A stretch of 63,903 nucleotides of DNA, the filler included, from Phoronis australis (Eukaryota > Animalia > Phoronida): NCBI GenBank assembly GCA_002633005.1. It is 9 parts of 9 records of this genome, joined end to end, with 100 filler letters (N's around TTAATTAATTAA, not from the genome) between each part and the next. Parts side by side here need not be neighbours in the genome. Positions count along the whole stretch, not along the records: positions 11,742 to 21,572 come from NMRA01000818.1; positions 21,673 to 29,283 come from NMRA01001999.1; 7 more parts are not named here. One strand, 5' to 3'. Below are positions 12,455-24,366 of the stretch, piece by piece. Under the pieces are notes generated by a model. It ran no database searches and was not told the origin of the DNA. It was given only the letters and a program-made list of their open reading frames with translations. The position numbers and the translations under genes are program-made. The stretch's first letter is position 1. Every line of letters starts with the position of its first letter.

Positions 12455-12750
12455 CAATCATCGTTGCCGTTGGCGTTGTCACCATCACCATTGTCACAAC
12501 CACCAGCATCACGATATTCATTAACATCATCATCACCGTTGTCATCATCTTCATCATCATTAAAATAATCGGCATAATACTCATCATTTCCCAATCATTA
12601 CCATCATGGTCACCAGAATCATAATCATTATCATCACCATTGCTATTATAATAATAGTCACCTTCATCATTATAATCACCGTCCATCACAACCACCACCA
12701 CCACCATTGATACTACTGGTATCAACACCATAACCACAATTACTATCATT
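12455..12750. repeat. Degenerate (ATC/ACC)n microsatellite
   Basis: Runs of CATCAT/CACCAT; the source of the Met/Val/Asp-rich and Ile/Thr-rich spurious ORFs. Confidence 0.9.
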
Positions 12751-12794
12751 GTTTTATTATTTTAGTTATTGAGTTTACTTCGGGAACAATTTTC

Positions 12795-14368
12795 CGATAT
12801 GCAAAATTGGTTGAATACACGTCACTTGTCGTCATTAGTTTCTTTATTCCGTTCCGTTCGTATCTTAGGAACAAAGATACACACTCAACAGAACATTGGT
12901 AAAGCAACTGACCAAGCGATATGACGAAAAGACCCACAAATTTTCGAAAAAAAAATGTTTCATTCATTCTCAAGTGGAAATAAAATGACAGAGCAAAACC
13001 TAGAAGCTTACACAGTGGGACACGGCAGGTGTAAAATAGTGCAAAGAATGGCAAAAGAAGGGAAAGTCAGGCAAGCAAGTGTAGCGTGCGGCGCGACCCT
13101 GTTTGCTGCCTTTACTGAAATCACGCTTCTCGAGTGCAATCAAAGGGAACTCTAATGCTTTCAATCGCAGCACATCGTGCTCTGCGTACCGTCGGGTGGT
13201 TTTACATTTACGTTTATGACATTGCAGGCAATGCTCTTGGATGGCGCCTTTTTGAAGATGCCTAGATAACGAACGGGTAGACAGTAAACCGTTTGACTAA
13301 TGTAAAATTGCTTGACATTTGAACAAAGATATTCGTTCATACGGCGTACAACTCATAAACAGCGCTATACCGGGCATCGGGGTGGACTTTTGCTTTAGAA
13401 ATATTATGTTATTTTTCCTTCACAAAGTTGGAGCACTTCCTATTCCTATAATAATGACATCGAGGTAATCGTCGGGCTTACAAACTTTGACGTTATCCCT
13501 ATTCATGTTTGAAATCAATTGTGAATTCACTGCACGTCGGACCGACGTGACCAAAAAGGTATTTTACAAAAATGTTATGTCCAATAATTACCTCAATGAC
13601 GAACACGCAATTAAGAACATTATTTGGTATAATGTTACTGTTTCTAAGCCTCATTATTTCCTCGAATTCTCATTATTTACTATCGGAATAGGAAGTCCTC
13701 CACATTTGCCGTGAAAAATAACACTAAACTTCCGCCATGTTGCAAGGTGCAGTGATGTTTATGAATTCGTACGCCCTTTGAACTAATGTCCTCGTCGTAA
13801 TGTTGCATTGGTCAAACGGTTTGCTGGCTTTCCTGTCGGTTACAATGTATAATTATATACATCTTCAAAATGACGCCATCCAAGAACATTTTTTGCAATG
13901 ATATCAACGTAAAATCACCCGTAAAGAAAATTGCGGAGAACACGTCAATTCGGTACGTGGAGAACGGTGTGCTGCGATTGAAAGCAAATTGGAGTCCCTT
14001 TTGATTGCATTTGAGAAGCTTATTTCGAATGAGCGGCAAACAGGGTCGTGCCGCACGTTACACTTGGTTGCATGACCTTCCTGTTACTCCCCTTCATTTG
14101 TCATTCTTGCAGTATTTCACACCTGCCTTGACTGCGTATGTCTCCAGCTTTAGCTCTGTGGTGCCATTAATGCGTCATTTTATTTCCTCTTGAGAATGAA
14201 ACAAGTTTGTTTCGAAATATCGTGTATATTTTTTTTTGATCATGTCTTTTCGTCAGTTACTTTACCAATGTTCTGTTGAGTGTCGAACTTTGTTCCGTAC
14301 GAATGGAACGGAATAAAGGATGTTAATAGCGACAATTAAGTTTCTTGTATTCAACCAATTATGCATAT
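12795..14368. mobile_element. About 1.6-kb non-autonomous DNA element with long (about 200 bp) imperfect TIRs, intronic
   Basis: 12795-12990 (ATATGCAAAATTGGTTGAATACA...TTTATTCCGTTCCGTTCGTA...ACTCAACAGAACATTGGTAAAG...ATTCTCAAG.GGAAATAAAATGAC) is inverted at 14173-14368. Confidence 0.8.
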
Positions 14369-14446
14369 TTTAGTTAACACTACTTTGTCATGTTCAAATT
14401 ATTTTTTTAATAATTATTGTCATATACTGGTGATCATTTATTGTAG

Positions 14447-14659
14447 GTTGATGTGCTCAACAACTGGCACCATGCTGTCCTCACATTCAGAAAACTGTCC
14501 TCGTCCTCGTCTGAGTATCATCTGTATATAAACGGTGCCCTGCAGGGAACGAGGACAGGTGATGGCAACATATTCCAGTCATTTTCCCCACTTATCATGG
14601 CACGTCAGTTCTGTTACGGTGATGCGACTACCGGTAGATTCGTTGGCCAAATGGATAAT
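14447..14659 (+). CDS. LamG-like domain exon
   Basis: TTGTAG| ... |GTAAGT, phase 0/0; VDVLNNWHHAVLTF...YHLYINGALQG...GRFVGQMDN is a typical Laminin_G_3 signature. Confidence 0.88.
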
Positions 14660-14944
14660 GTAAGTTAGCAGACCTGCAAGTTACGCCTTCGGTCATTGTT
14701 TCTTTCACAGCCTATTCGTGCGTTTAGGCCTACATCAAAACGAAATAGTCGAACGACACTAAGCGCAGGTTTTGAAACGTTGGTAATCCAGTATGTGAGT
14801 GAGGTTGGCGATGTTATGTACTCATGCTAATGAAAGACAAAATCTAATAGGGGTTTCGCGAATAAGCTCCTTTATTAAAGCTGATGCACAAGAATTGTAG
14901 CCCATAAAATGATTGCATGGTAACCATGAGAAGTTGCATTATGG

Positions 14945-14947
<3 letters not shown>

Positions 14948-15011
<64 letters not shown>
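14948..15011. repeat. (TA)n microsatellite
   Basis: Direct observation. Confidence 0.97.
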
Positions 15012-15012
<1 letters not shown>

Positions 15013-15198
15013 GAAAACTCTTTCCGCTGCACAGCACTAAACCTAGATCTCACAACAAGTGTTTAACAAGTGACTAGCATTACTAAGCGCATATCAGATC
15101 GGTTTTTAGTGAAACGTGGCGAGGTTTCTGTCGTACTGTCTGTCTTACACTCATCATTAGCCAACAGATGGCATTAAAAGAACGATTTCATCTTGCAG

Positions 15199-15279
15199 TT
15201 CCGGTATTACGAGTGTTACCTGACGGGCGATGAAGTGATGGACCTTTACCAATATCAGCTTCCAGATGTGTCACGATAA
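15199..15279 (+). CDS. LamG-like protein terminal exon (FRYYECYLTGDEVMDLYQYQLPDVSR*)
   Basis: TCTTGCAG| acceptor, phase 0; completes the MD.FRYY...LT..EV..LY ending of LamG3; TAA at 15277-15279. Confidence 0.85.
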   Translation, partial: FRYYECYLTGDEVMDLYQYQLPDVSR

Positions 15280-16881
15280 GATTATTGGAATCAAAGTTAA
15301 TTTTCTGACACAGACAAGGAGTCAAGGAGTGTACATTCCTTGGTATAACCTCTAGGTAGCGTCAGGCAATGAAATAATTGTTCCTATTTTTTCTGGAATT
15401 GTAAGAAAATAACAATATAATGTGTCTTTTTACTGCTACTGGTAGTTCTACTTCAGTAAGACATATACAGTAATTTGTGCATTGAGGTCCTCATGTCCTC
15501 AGTATACCTGTTTTAGTTGTGTTTGAATGTTCTGACGGCACAATATCCTTATGTGAAAACAGGTTCTTATTAGGTCTTTCGTTGTTTTGTTTGTTGGATT
15601 TAAAACCAAGAGTCGCATTATTCTTAGAAAAAGCATAAGCCCTGAACTTATTTTTCCGATTAAAAGCACTGGACGTATAATTTGCAATTAAAAAACGTCG
15701 GCTCTAGTTATCACGGAAAACCACAGACACAGTTTGTGACCTATTTATCAATGTTTAAATACAATTGGTCGCTGGTGAAAGGACTTTCTGTCTCTTACTG
15801 TATCTTTCGAAAAAGTACGTGTTTGCCAAAAACGCATTCTCGCGTATTACCACAGGAATGACACTCTGTTGTCAATGGAGTATTTAGAAAACGGAATATT
15901 TTTGTGCAGGAGTTTTTTCGGCTAAAATTGACTCTTTTGTAGGGAATTAAATCACTGAATTCGTAGGATTTTGGACGGAATATTAACCCTTTCAGAAGTC
16001 TGGCCAAAAAAACTTATATGAAACGCATATCCCGCATACTTCTTCCGTGGTAGTTATGTACTCCGGGGTTTAGCGCCTTCAAGTGTGTTAATGAGTGAGG
16101 AATAGATAATAGGCGTGAAAGCCATGTTGTCTCCGTTATCAGTGTCTCCGAAAAGAAAAGAGCATCCCAACGCAGTTTGTGAGATGACGTCAGTAGACCC
16201 TGGGATGTAAAAGAACATTTTTAGTACTTTCACCTGGCAATTTATTTTTATCTTTCATGGCTTTTTCTAATAGAAACTCCCTACGTTTTTATAAAACATT
16301 TAAAAAAAAAAAACACATACACTGCCTTTAAAGATACTCTTTTCGCTTAGTAAAATGAACGTAATAAATTGAATTACAATGGAAGTTAATCCAGTCGAAA
16401 CTTACGCTCAAATAATGCACAACACAATTCCAAATCTTCTCAAAATTAACTGAATTTTATAGCCACTGCTTAATCGAAATTTTATCCCGAATTCTAAAAG
16501 GGTGAATGTAAAGGATATTAAGTTATCTGTTAAAACAGTTCAGTCAGGTTATTAAATATTTTCAACTTCAATCTGACTGTGAAGACAAATAAACGCATTG
16601 CATTCAAAACATTTAACATCATTGTTACTTGTCGAAGTGTTTCCATGCAGTTAATTTGTTCAAATCGCTGAGGATTTAATCAGTAAAGTGCAGACTAAAA
16701 TAATGAAAATTCAAAATTGATACGTAAGCTCTGATGGTTTGGCTCATTTGCACATATTTTTCCACAAATGAACCCGAAAGTGTAAATATTTAATTTGTTT
16801 ACGATCAGTGTGATGACAATTTATTGATTTTGGCCAGTCATAAGAAAATAGAATTCAAATCTCAATGCGATATGTGTGTGT

Positions 16882-16914
<33 letters not shown>

Positions 16915-17599
16915 GTCTGCTTAATCTTGGAAAACTGCAACCTTCCGGTGGATTACAATACATTGTAAACGCATTTCTTTCTCTTGTTGAGACTAATCTG
17001 AACATATATTGTAGTGCTTAAAGCAGTATTTGGATTGAAATTTTCAGCGTTTTGTAAAATGCTTCGAATTTTATGTAACCTGTTTCATACAAAATATTCT
17101 AATGCTCGAGGTTTTCATGAGACAACTTCTCCGCTAACATTTAGAGTTTTGTTACCCCAACGCCAGACGCTTTTACACGAGAGACAGTTGTCACCTTTTC
17201 AGTGGTCACGGCGCGACTTGCTCCACTTTAGTCGTGCATGCTCTCATAAACAATAGCGAATGTTCAAACCACATGGAAAGCCATCTGATCATCCGAATGC
17301 ACATCTTTGCGCAAGCGCATTGAAAGATGGTCCATTTCTGCCCTACCCCAATTGTGTTTAGACCGCAGTTGACACTGGGGTAACTGATCGAGTGTAATGC
17401 GCTCTACCTATCAAACTGGTGTCAAAACCTGGCCCCCACGGTATCACTTGCTCCGTGTCAGTCGTGTTTACACACACACTTGCACTGGAGCAGGTGTTCC
17501 TTGTTAGTTTGTCCAGGTCAGCTGTCTCTCGTGTAAATGCGACTGCATTGAGCTTCAGAAACACTGTGACTAACCCGTCCTAATCAATTCATAAATTAA

Positions 17600-18170
17600 T
17601 GGTCGTGGCTTAGCGCAGACGCTGAAGAAAACCTATTCGCTAAATTATCTAATTATCTTATAATGCATCGATTTTAAAATTCAAAGGCGGCTATTTACTT
17701 TTCAATTTTTAAGCCAGTCATATTTGTCGTTTGCCTTCCTTATCGTTCGTTTTTTACTTTGAAACTCGTACGCTTACCAGGTGCGTTGGCTTGCAACCGC
17801 AATACACGTTCAGCCAAGCCAATGAATAGCGACTAGCTCACTTCAATCCGTGGTGGCGAAAGGGTTTGATGTGCCTAGGAATTCGCAGGATACTCTGTGG
17901 TAAACAATACTCGCTTACTCGTGCACTTGCTTGCAAATCCTATTCGCCATATGATTTGACTAATGCGTGGCTAAGCCGCGATGCTGAAGAAAATCTATTC
18001 GCTAATTTCTTTTATAATGCATCAATTTTAAAAATTCAAAGACGGACACTATTTTCTTTGTAATTTTAAAAACAACCATGTTTGTCGTTTGCCTTACTCA
18101 GTGTTTTTTTCTGTTTTACTTTGAAACTCGTACACTAAACAGGCGTGTTGGTTTGAGACCGGCAATTAAC
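17600..18170. repeat. Diverged local tandem duplication (period about 360 bp)
   Basis: CGTGGCT.AG...GCTGAAGAAAA.CTATTCGCTAA...TATAATGCATC.ATTTTAAAATTCAAAG...TTTGTCGTTTGCCTT...TTTTACTTTGAAACTCGTAC occurs at about 17604 and 17966. Confidence 0.8.
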
Positions 18171-19284
18171 ACATTTAACACATCTAAGTTTGGCAGAGTC
18201 TGGGAGAGGTCTGTCGTAGTCTGTCTCTTTAAAAATGTTTGGTACACGTATCTTTAAAATGCACCACAGCAATTCCATCTTGGTTCTTGCGAATCTTCTG
18301 CTGCATTAACCAAATAGCATCTAGTAATAGTTTTCGCAGGGGAAAACTCGATGAGATACGCGTTGTGTAATGCAAGATTCTCATCTCAAAAGTAGTCTAC
18401 CGGAGCATACTCTAAAAATGCAGTATTACAACAAATGCTCAAATTTTACATGGTGTAAAATTTTCTGGTGCTTGTTTTCTACAAGTTACATAGTTATAAC
18501 AGCAACAAGTTGCACTGAGTCTCCGCAAAGATTAGTTCACACAAGACAACATTGTCAAAATTTAAAAAGGATTAGCAAGAATAACTAAGCCTTCACACAC
18601 GCCATATATGTTCGTCACATCACTGGTGACCTGATCTATGGTAAGAATGACAAGTTCTCTGTTCCGAGTGTGTTCGTACCCGATACTTTCTGAGAATCTT
18701 CTATCAGCAAAACTCACAAGTTCCAATCTTAGTCCACATGGGGGTAGGGCAGTATTTTGCCCGTCGCCATGGCCCCCTTGCAACCCTCCCCCGTAAATCC
18801 GCAACTGGACAATTCCAGACTAACTGTGGGTCACGTCGGTGATATAATCAACATATAGTGTGTGTGTATACTTATAATTCTTGCTTACGTGTACGTGTAC
18901 GTTATCAACGCACCGATTTATTGCAACACAATTATGTTAAAAAGCGATGTTCAATGATCAAGGGAAAGTACATGAGATCCTAGACAAACATACTAATTTG
19001 ACGAAAATCGAACAGTCATATGTCGAAAGTGGCTGATCGGATTCATGTAACACTTTTAAGTACTACACTTTAAGCACTCTTCCCCATCACGCTTTAGGGA
19101 TTATTTCTTTGACATGAGGAGCTAGCCTTCAACAATTTCATGAAAAAGTCAAACGCTGCATAAAACGAAAATGGGTGACTTAGAAAACAGTATCAGCGTT
19201 TTTTGAGGCTACCTGTTTGTGTTTGCAGACCAAGCTTTCGAGCCTGTCCTGGTCCCTTCGTCGGGTTACTAGCGGGATTCTTCG

Positions 19285-19328
19285 TGTTACCAGGAAGAGA
19301 TAATCATGGTTATCTCTTCCTGGTGACA
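19285..19328. repeat. Near-perfect hairpin TGTTACCAGGAAGAGATAA-tcatgg-TTATCTCTTCCTGGTGACA
   Basis: 19-bp arms with one mismatch (G-U as RNA). Confidence 0.9.
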
Positions 19329-19492
19329 AATAGTCACCAATGGGTGGTTGTTGTCCAATACCACGTACCTGCTGGCTGTTACCTAGTTGTCACTGGTACT
19401 GTAAATAGCTGATGATTCATATCCACTGTCTCTGTTCAATTTTGGTTTGTTGCTCATGATTCCAGCCGGTCGCCGATCAGTAACCTATCATA

Positions 19493-20090
19493 CATGGGCG
19501 GCGCACCCTATAGGGGGCTGGAGGCTATAGCCCCCCACTTTTTTCAGTGCTGTCAAAATTAGCCATTGACAGACTTGTTTTGCCGTTAGGAGATCATACC
19601 TTCCAAGTCTGAAATTGCAACCCATGTCTATTACATGGGCGGCGCAGAACCTAAAAAGTGGGAGGCTAAAGCCTCCACAGCCCCCCTCCCTGTGGTGCAT
19701 CGCCTATAGACCATCGGTAGTGCAGCACTGAAAAACGTGAGGGTATAGCCCCCCAGATCCCTACGGCGTGCCACTCATGCCAGTGGCGGATTTATAGGGG
19801 GCAAGGGGGCCATGGCCCCCTTAAAATTCTACCATATACCATATGGCAGTTCGGGTGCAAATTGCTGACTAGCACATGCCCGCAACCAGGGGGGCTCAGG
19901 GGGTGAATAAACAATGCATAGGCCCTGAACAAACCCCATTTACTTTTTTTTAGTCAGAAGGTCCGCAAACCCAAAAATTCGAGACCTGCATCCCTACATT
20001 TTAGGCTGGGTGCGCGCATCTCTAGTGCCGAAATTCTCGTGATTCCTGTGCCCTGGCCCCCCCTAACTCAAAATCCTGGATCCGCTCCTG
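19493..20090. mobile_element. Nested MITE cluster: CATGGGCGGCGC element, a CAGTGGCGGA MITE (19781-20090, TSD CATGC) inserted at its end, and a third MITE (about 19874-20021) inside that
   Basis: CATGC at 19776-19780 and 20091-20095; the inner element matches 21455-21572 in reverse complement. Confidence 0.8.
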
Positions 20091-20813
20091 CATGCTATAC
20101 TAAAGATGCACGTGTTTATTCATTTTAACGTTATTGTAAGCTTTTCTTGTTGGCAAAGGCAATTCTGTATTCAGACGGTGACGGATATTAATGGTTTTTT
20201 TGTATTGACAATGACATGATGCGTTTCCTGACAGGCAATTACGTATAGTTGTTCTCAAGTTATTGACAGTGACATGTATACATTTATTACTGAAGATGGC
20301 CATTTTTACCTTCCGACGTAGGCTTAATATGCCTTTAACGTAGGAACCAGTACTGGTCCCTAGCTTTACCTAACTGCTGATAGTTGATTTGATAAAATAT
20401 GAATGGTTTTCGAGAGCTGGATATTATCGTAGAAAACAAACTACCCTAAACGGTTAGTGTATTCAATAGGCATCTTGGCTGTTTTATGGAACATGCAAGG
20501 CAGGTTTATTGGACTGCAGGCAGTAATTCCACATCTTGCTGGTGAGGTTTCAACACCCTACTCCTGTTTCTCCCAGTTTCATTCACCTCATCTTCACCCC
20601 AATTCGCTACCCATTTCGAATACCATAAGGCACGAATGCTCGAGGTCCAGTGCCCTGTTCCATGAAACAGTTCCACTAGAAAAAGCGACTCCACAATGTT
20701 CCCTAAATCTCTTTCGTATTTGTGAGTGGATATGAATTTAGAATTTGTACAAAAAGATGGTGTAACTTTGAAACGGTTTTTCTTAGCAGTCAAGAGGATT
20801 AGTTGTGGGGTAT

Positions 20814-20881
<68 letters not shown>
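20814..20881. repeat. (TG)n microsatellite; others at about 16872-16914, 29805-29940 (CA-rich) and 49261-49296
   Basis: Direct observation. Confidence 0.97.
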
Positions 20882-21130
20882 CTGGGTATTCTTTGTCTTT
20901 TCGTGGTATTGTAATGTTTTTGTCATTGCCAATAAATGTATAAGATAAAAAAGAATCTTTTCATGCAACGCCCAAAATATTTTGACTCGATTAAGGACTC
21001 AGTTTTTAGTTATATTATTAGAAAACGTCATCATAAATCAATAGAGGAGCTCGTTCAAAAGATAAAATGATGGAAAAATAATAACAACTATGAGTAAAGA
21101 ACGACACTTACACAAGGCAAATCAGTTGAG

Positions 21131-21288
21131 CACAGGCGGATACTGGGGATCAAAGGGGTCCGTACCCATTTTCCTTGATTTTAGTGATATCAAATCTAGA
21201 ATTTTCAAATTGTTGACTTGTACCACCCTTCTTAAGAAATCTTCCATCCGACCTCCCCCTATTTTTAAAAATCCTGGATCTGCTCCTG
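21131..21288 (+). mobile_element. GC-rich MITE with 5-bp TSD TTGAG
   Basis: CACAGGCGGATAC...GGATCTGCTCCTG flanked by TTGAG at 21126-21130 and 21289-21293. Confidence 0.8.
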
Positions 21289-22311
21289 TTGAGTCCCTAT
21301 TAGGGAGTGTTTCATAATAAACTGAGCACAAACCCCCTTCTTTAATGCAGAATGTCGTAAGGTGTGAATTTTTGAAACAAACATCTGGACCTAGGGCGGA
21401 TCCAGGATTTTACGTTGGGGGGGAGACAGGGCACAGGAACAACCAGAATGTCGGCAGATGCGCGCGCCCATCCTAAAATGTCGGGATGCAGGGGTATCGA
21501 ATTTTTGTGTATGCGGACCTTTTGACTACATAAAAGGTAAACGGGGTTTGTCCAGGGCCTATGCATTGTTTGNNNNNNNNNNNNNNNNNNNNNNNNNNNN
21601 NNNNNNNNNNNNNNNNTTAATTAATTAANNNNNNNNNNNNNNNNNNNNNNNNNNNNNNNNNNNNNNNNNNNNTTGCTCCAGCCACTAGCGTACCGCTTTG
21701 AAATCGACGTCTTACCTTTTGATTCAAAAGCAGGAAAGTGATGAAAGAGGGTGACGTTCAATACATTGTGTAGATTTAAACGGCTGTAACGGACAAAACA
21801 GGTGTCATTTGAATGACAGAATTTCAAAATATTACACACGTTTTGTGTCCTAGATCTTGGCCTACGTTGCCTTGCTAGAGGACCACGGTGAACTGGAAAG
21901 GCGAGCGTCCTTAAATTTCACCCACACCGTTCAGCTGTGTTTTGACGTAAAGTCACACACAGCTACCTAACTGTCTGTGCATTGGGTTGATATCCGAACT
22001 TAAGAATGTATCTATTTTTCGAACGCAGAAAGGTTACAAATTCTTATATTTGTGATCTGTTTAAAACACAAGGGGAGGTAGTTTGGAAACTTCTTTATTT
22101 AAATCTCAAGTTTGAAAAAGTAGTGAATTTTTATGTGAAAAATTCCAAGAACAGAAGATAACCAGGACAATAGCCAGAGATTAAAGAATCTTTTTCTCCC
22201 TGAGAATGTAACACCTTCTCATTTGAAATGAGCTTTTCTCAAATAAATGAGCTTCGAAAAAGGACTTAAATTGAATACTTAATGAGGTATTGCCCAGACA
22301 ATGCCACACTT

Positions 22312-22389
22312 GCAAATTCATTAATCCGTCTATCCTGTATATATATAGGATAGACCACTGACTTCATTCGTTTGATTGGTCTATCCTAT

Positions 22390-22437
<48 letters not shown>

Positions 22438-22565
22438 CACTTAACAGAACGACGTCACTGGTGGTATACCCTATATATATATATATATAGGGTAGACCAC
22501 TCAAACGAATGAAGTCAGTGGTCTATCCTATATATATAGGAAAGACTAATGAATTTGGTATATCC

Positions 22566-22600
<35 letters not shown>

Positions 22601-22678
22601 GGATATACCACTGACGCCAATCGTTTGAGTGGTCTATCCTACATATATATATATATACATGTATATAGGATAGACCAA
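22312..22678. repeat. Array of about 39-bp inverted-repeat cassettes separated by (TA)n tracts
   Basis: GGATAGACCACTGACTTCATTCGTTTGA(G/T)TGGTCTATCC at 22348 and about 22601 (forward) and at about 22432 and 22490 (reverse), each bounded by TA runs. Confidence 0.85.
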
Positions 22679-24340
22679 GAACCCCGTCAGTGAGCTACAC
22701 GGTTTCATTTGAAGCAGTCAGTGTGCAAGACATCTCATAGCGAAGTTATTTCAAACACATTGTGTGCATTTTCTGACAGGTCTCAAATAATCACACGAAT
22801 CCCAATACAATAACACATTTCAAGATTCTACCTGCTCTACTGCACCAAGACCACGATCCACTTGTCAACATTGTGTCACAGAAATGAACTAGTACTTTAC
22901 AGTTGAAGAGTTAATATTCTTCAATATTTCGTGAAGCAATCTTCAGACCCTGCGTGAAATTCAACAATATCATCGATGAGAGTACCCACTGAAACAATTG
23001 CAAATGTCTACCGTGTTCCTAAATAAGTGTAAACCGTCTTTCATGAAAAACGGAAAATCTGTGTTCATTATGTATTTTATTATGTATCAATAAACACTAA
23101 AACAAGACGAAATGTCGTAAAGTTTATCAAAATGTCATAAAACCAACAGGAAAACAACAATTGCTTATTAATGAGTAAGTTCAATGGTCCTACAACATGC
23201 ACATCCATTAGCATGGAAGTATATATGAGAAAACAAGTTCATTGTTTCTTTATGTCCGAGCCTCACTTACTGAACTTGCGGATTTTTGATTGTATAATTT
23301 GGTTGGTTTTTGCCCAGAGACAAGTAACCCAAGAAGTTAACAACCTGTATAATGTATTGGTGCTATATTCACTCACAGTAACATACTTGAGCAGCATACT
23401 TTCAAAATGTAAATTCAATTATGATCACACATCAAAAGAAATTTTCAATCACACCTAGCGACGTGCAAGCCTACGACTGTGCGCTGACTGAAAGTTGTAT
23501 CACAACAACTATAAACTAGAAATCCTAACTACAAAAAAACTATAAATAAGAAAATCAAGTCAGTGAATAAAATTAAACATCAGTTGCATATACATGTAAG
23601 TTCCACATTAGAAGTATTTTAACGCTGACACAAAACTTTTACCAATTTCTAAGTCTTGATTGAGACAATAATGTGAAATTAACATTTTTAATAGTGCATT
23701 TTAAATTGACAGTTTTGATCATAACTTAAAAAATATCAAAACACAATAACGCAGATCATTGACATGCATCAACATCTTCCCCGTACACAGAGTGTTTTCT
23801 AGGGGTGTGAAGAGCAGTTCAAAATATATTGAATGCCACTTGGGGGCACCAAAGTTATCAGACTCCTTCAAATAACAATATCGGCTACTGTCGTATGATC
23901 CATTCAAAAAAATATATCAACAAAGGTTTTCTTCGCATGGACACGTCAAAATTCATAAAGATTGTTGGAACTGTTTGGAAGACTGAAAGGCAGATGGAAA
24001 AAAATCAGATGCAAAAATTAACCATAGTCAGTTACCATCTTGATTGGAAAAAGATAACAACTTTCATGAAGATCCTGCAAGTTATTGAGTACACAAGGCA
24101 GCTTCCCCCACAAAAATGGCCACAAGGGGACGGAAAAGAAGTTAGTTTTGCAGGACAATTTAAGCCAGCTGTTGTCTTCCCAGTAGGAACACATGCTTAT
24201 TTCCAGTTTCTTTTGGTCGGTAGTATCAACACAGAATGTTCCCAGCTCTTATTGGTCTACTATCTTCCTCAGTGCATGGCAAAAATTCTGGTTCTTATTG
24301 TTCTTCTGTGTCTTGGCAACTCCATGATTTTCTTCAGTGG

Positions 24341-24366
24341 TTACTCATCATCTATGTCTGCTGGAT
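24341..24366 (-). CDS. Candidate terminal exon of an unidentified minus-strand gene, followed by a long AT-rich 3' UTR-like region
   Basis: Strong acceptor TTTCATTATTGTCCATTTTCAG|; reads IQQT* (phase 0) or DPADIDDE* (phase 1); minus-strand AATAAA at 23076-23081 and 22094-22099. Confidence 0.45.

Noticed and set aside
12432-12749. Met/Asp-rich and Ile/Thr-rich ORFs
   Set aside because: Translations of a degenerate trinucleotide microsatellite.
17375-17590. tRNA gene or tRNA-derived SINE head
   Set aside because: Only weak A/B-box resemblance, no cloverleaf and no second copy in the window.
22312-22678. Palindromic repeat array as CRISPR
   Set aside because: Spacers are (TA)n and the units flip orientation.
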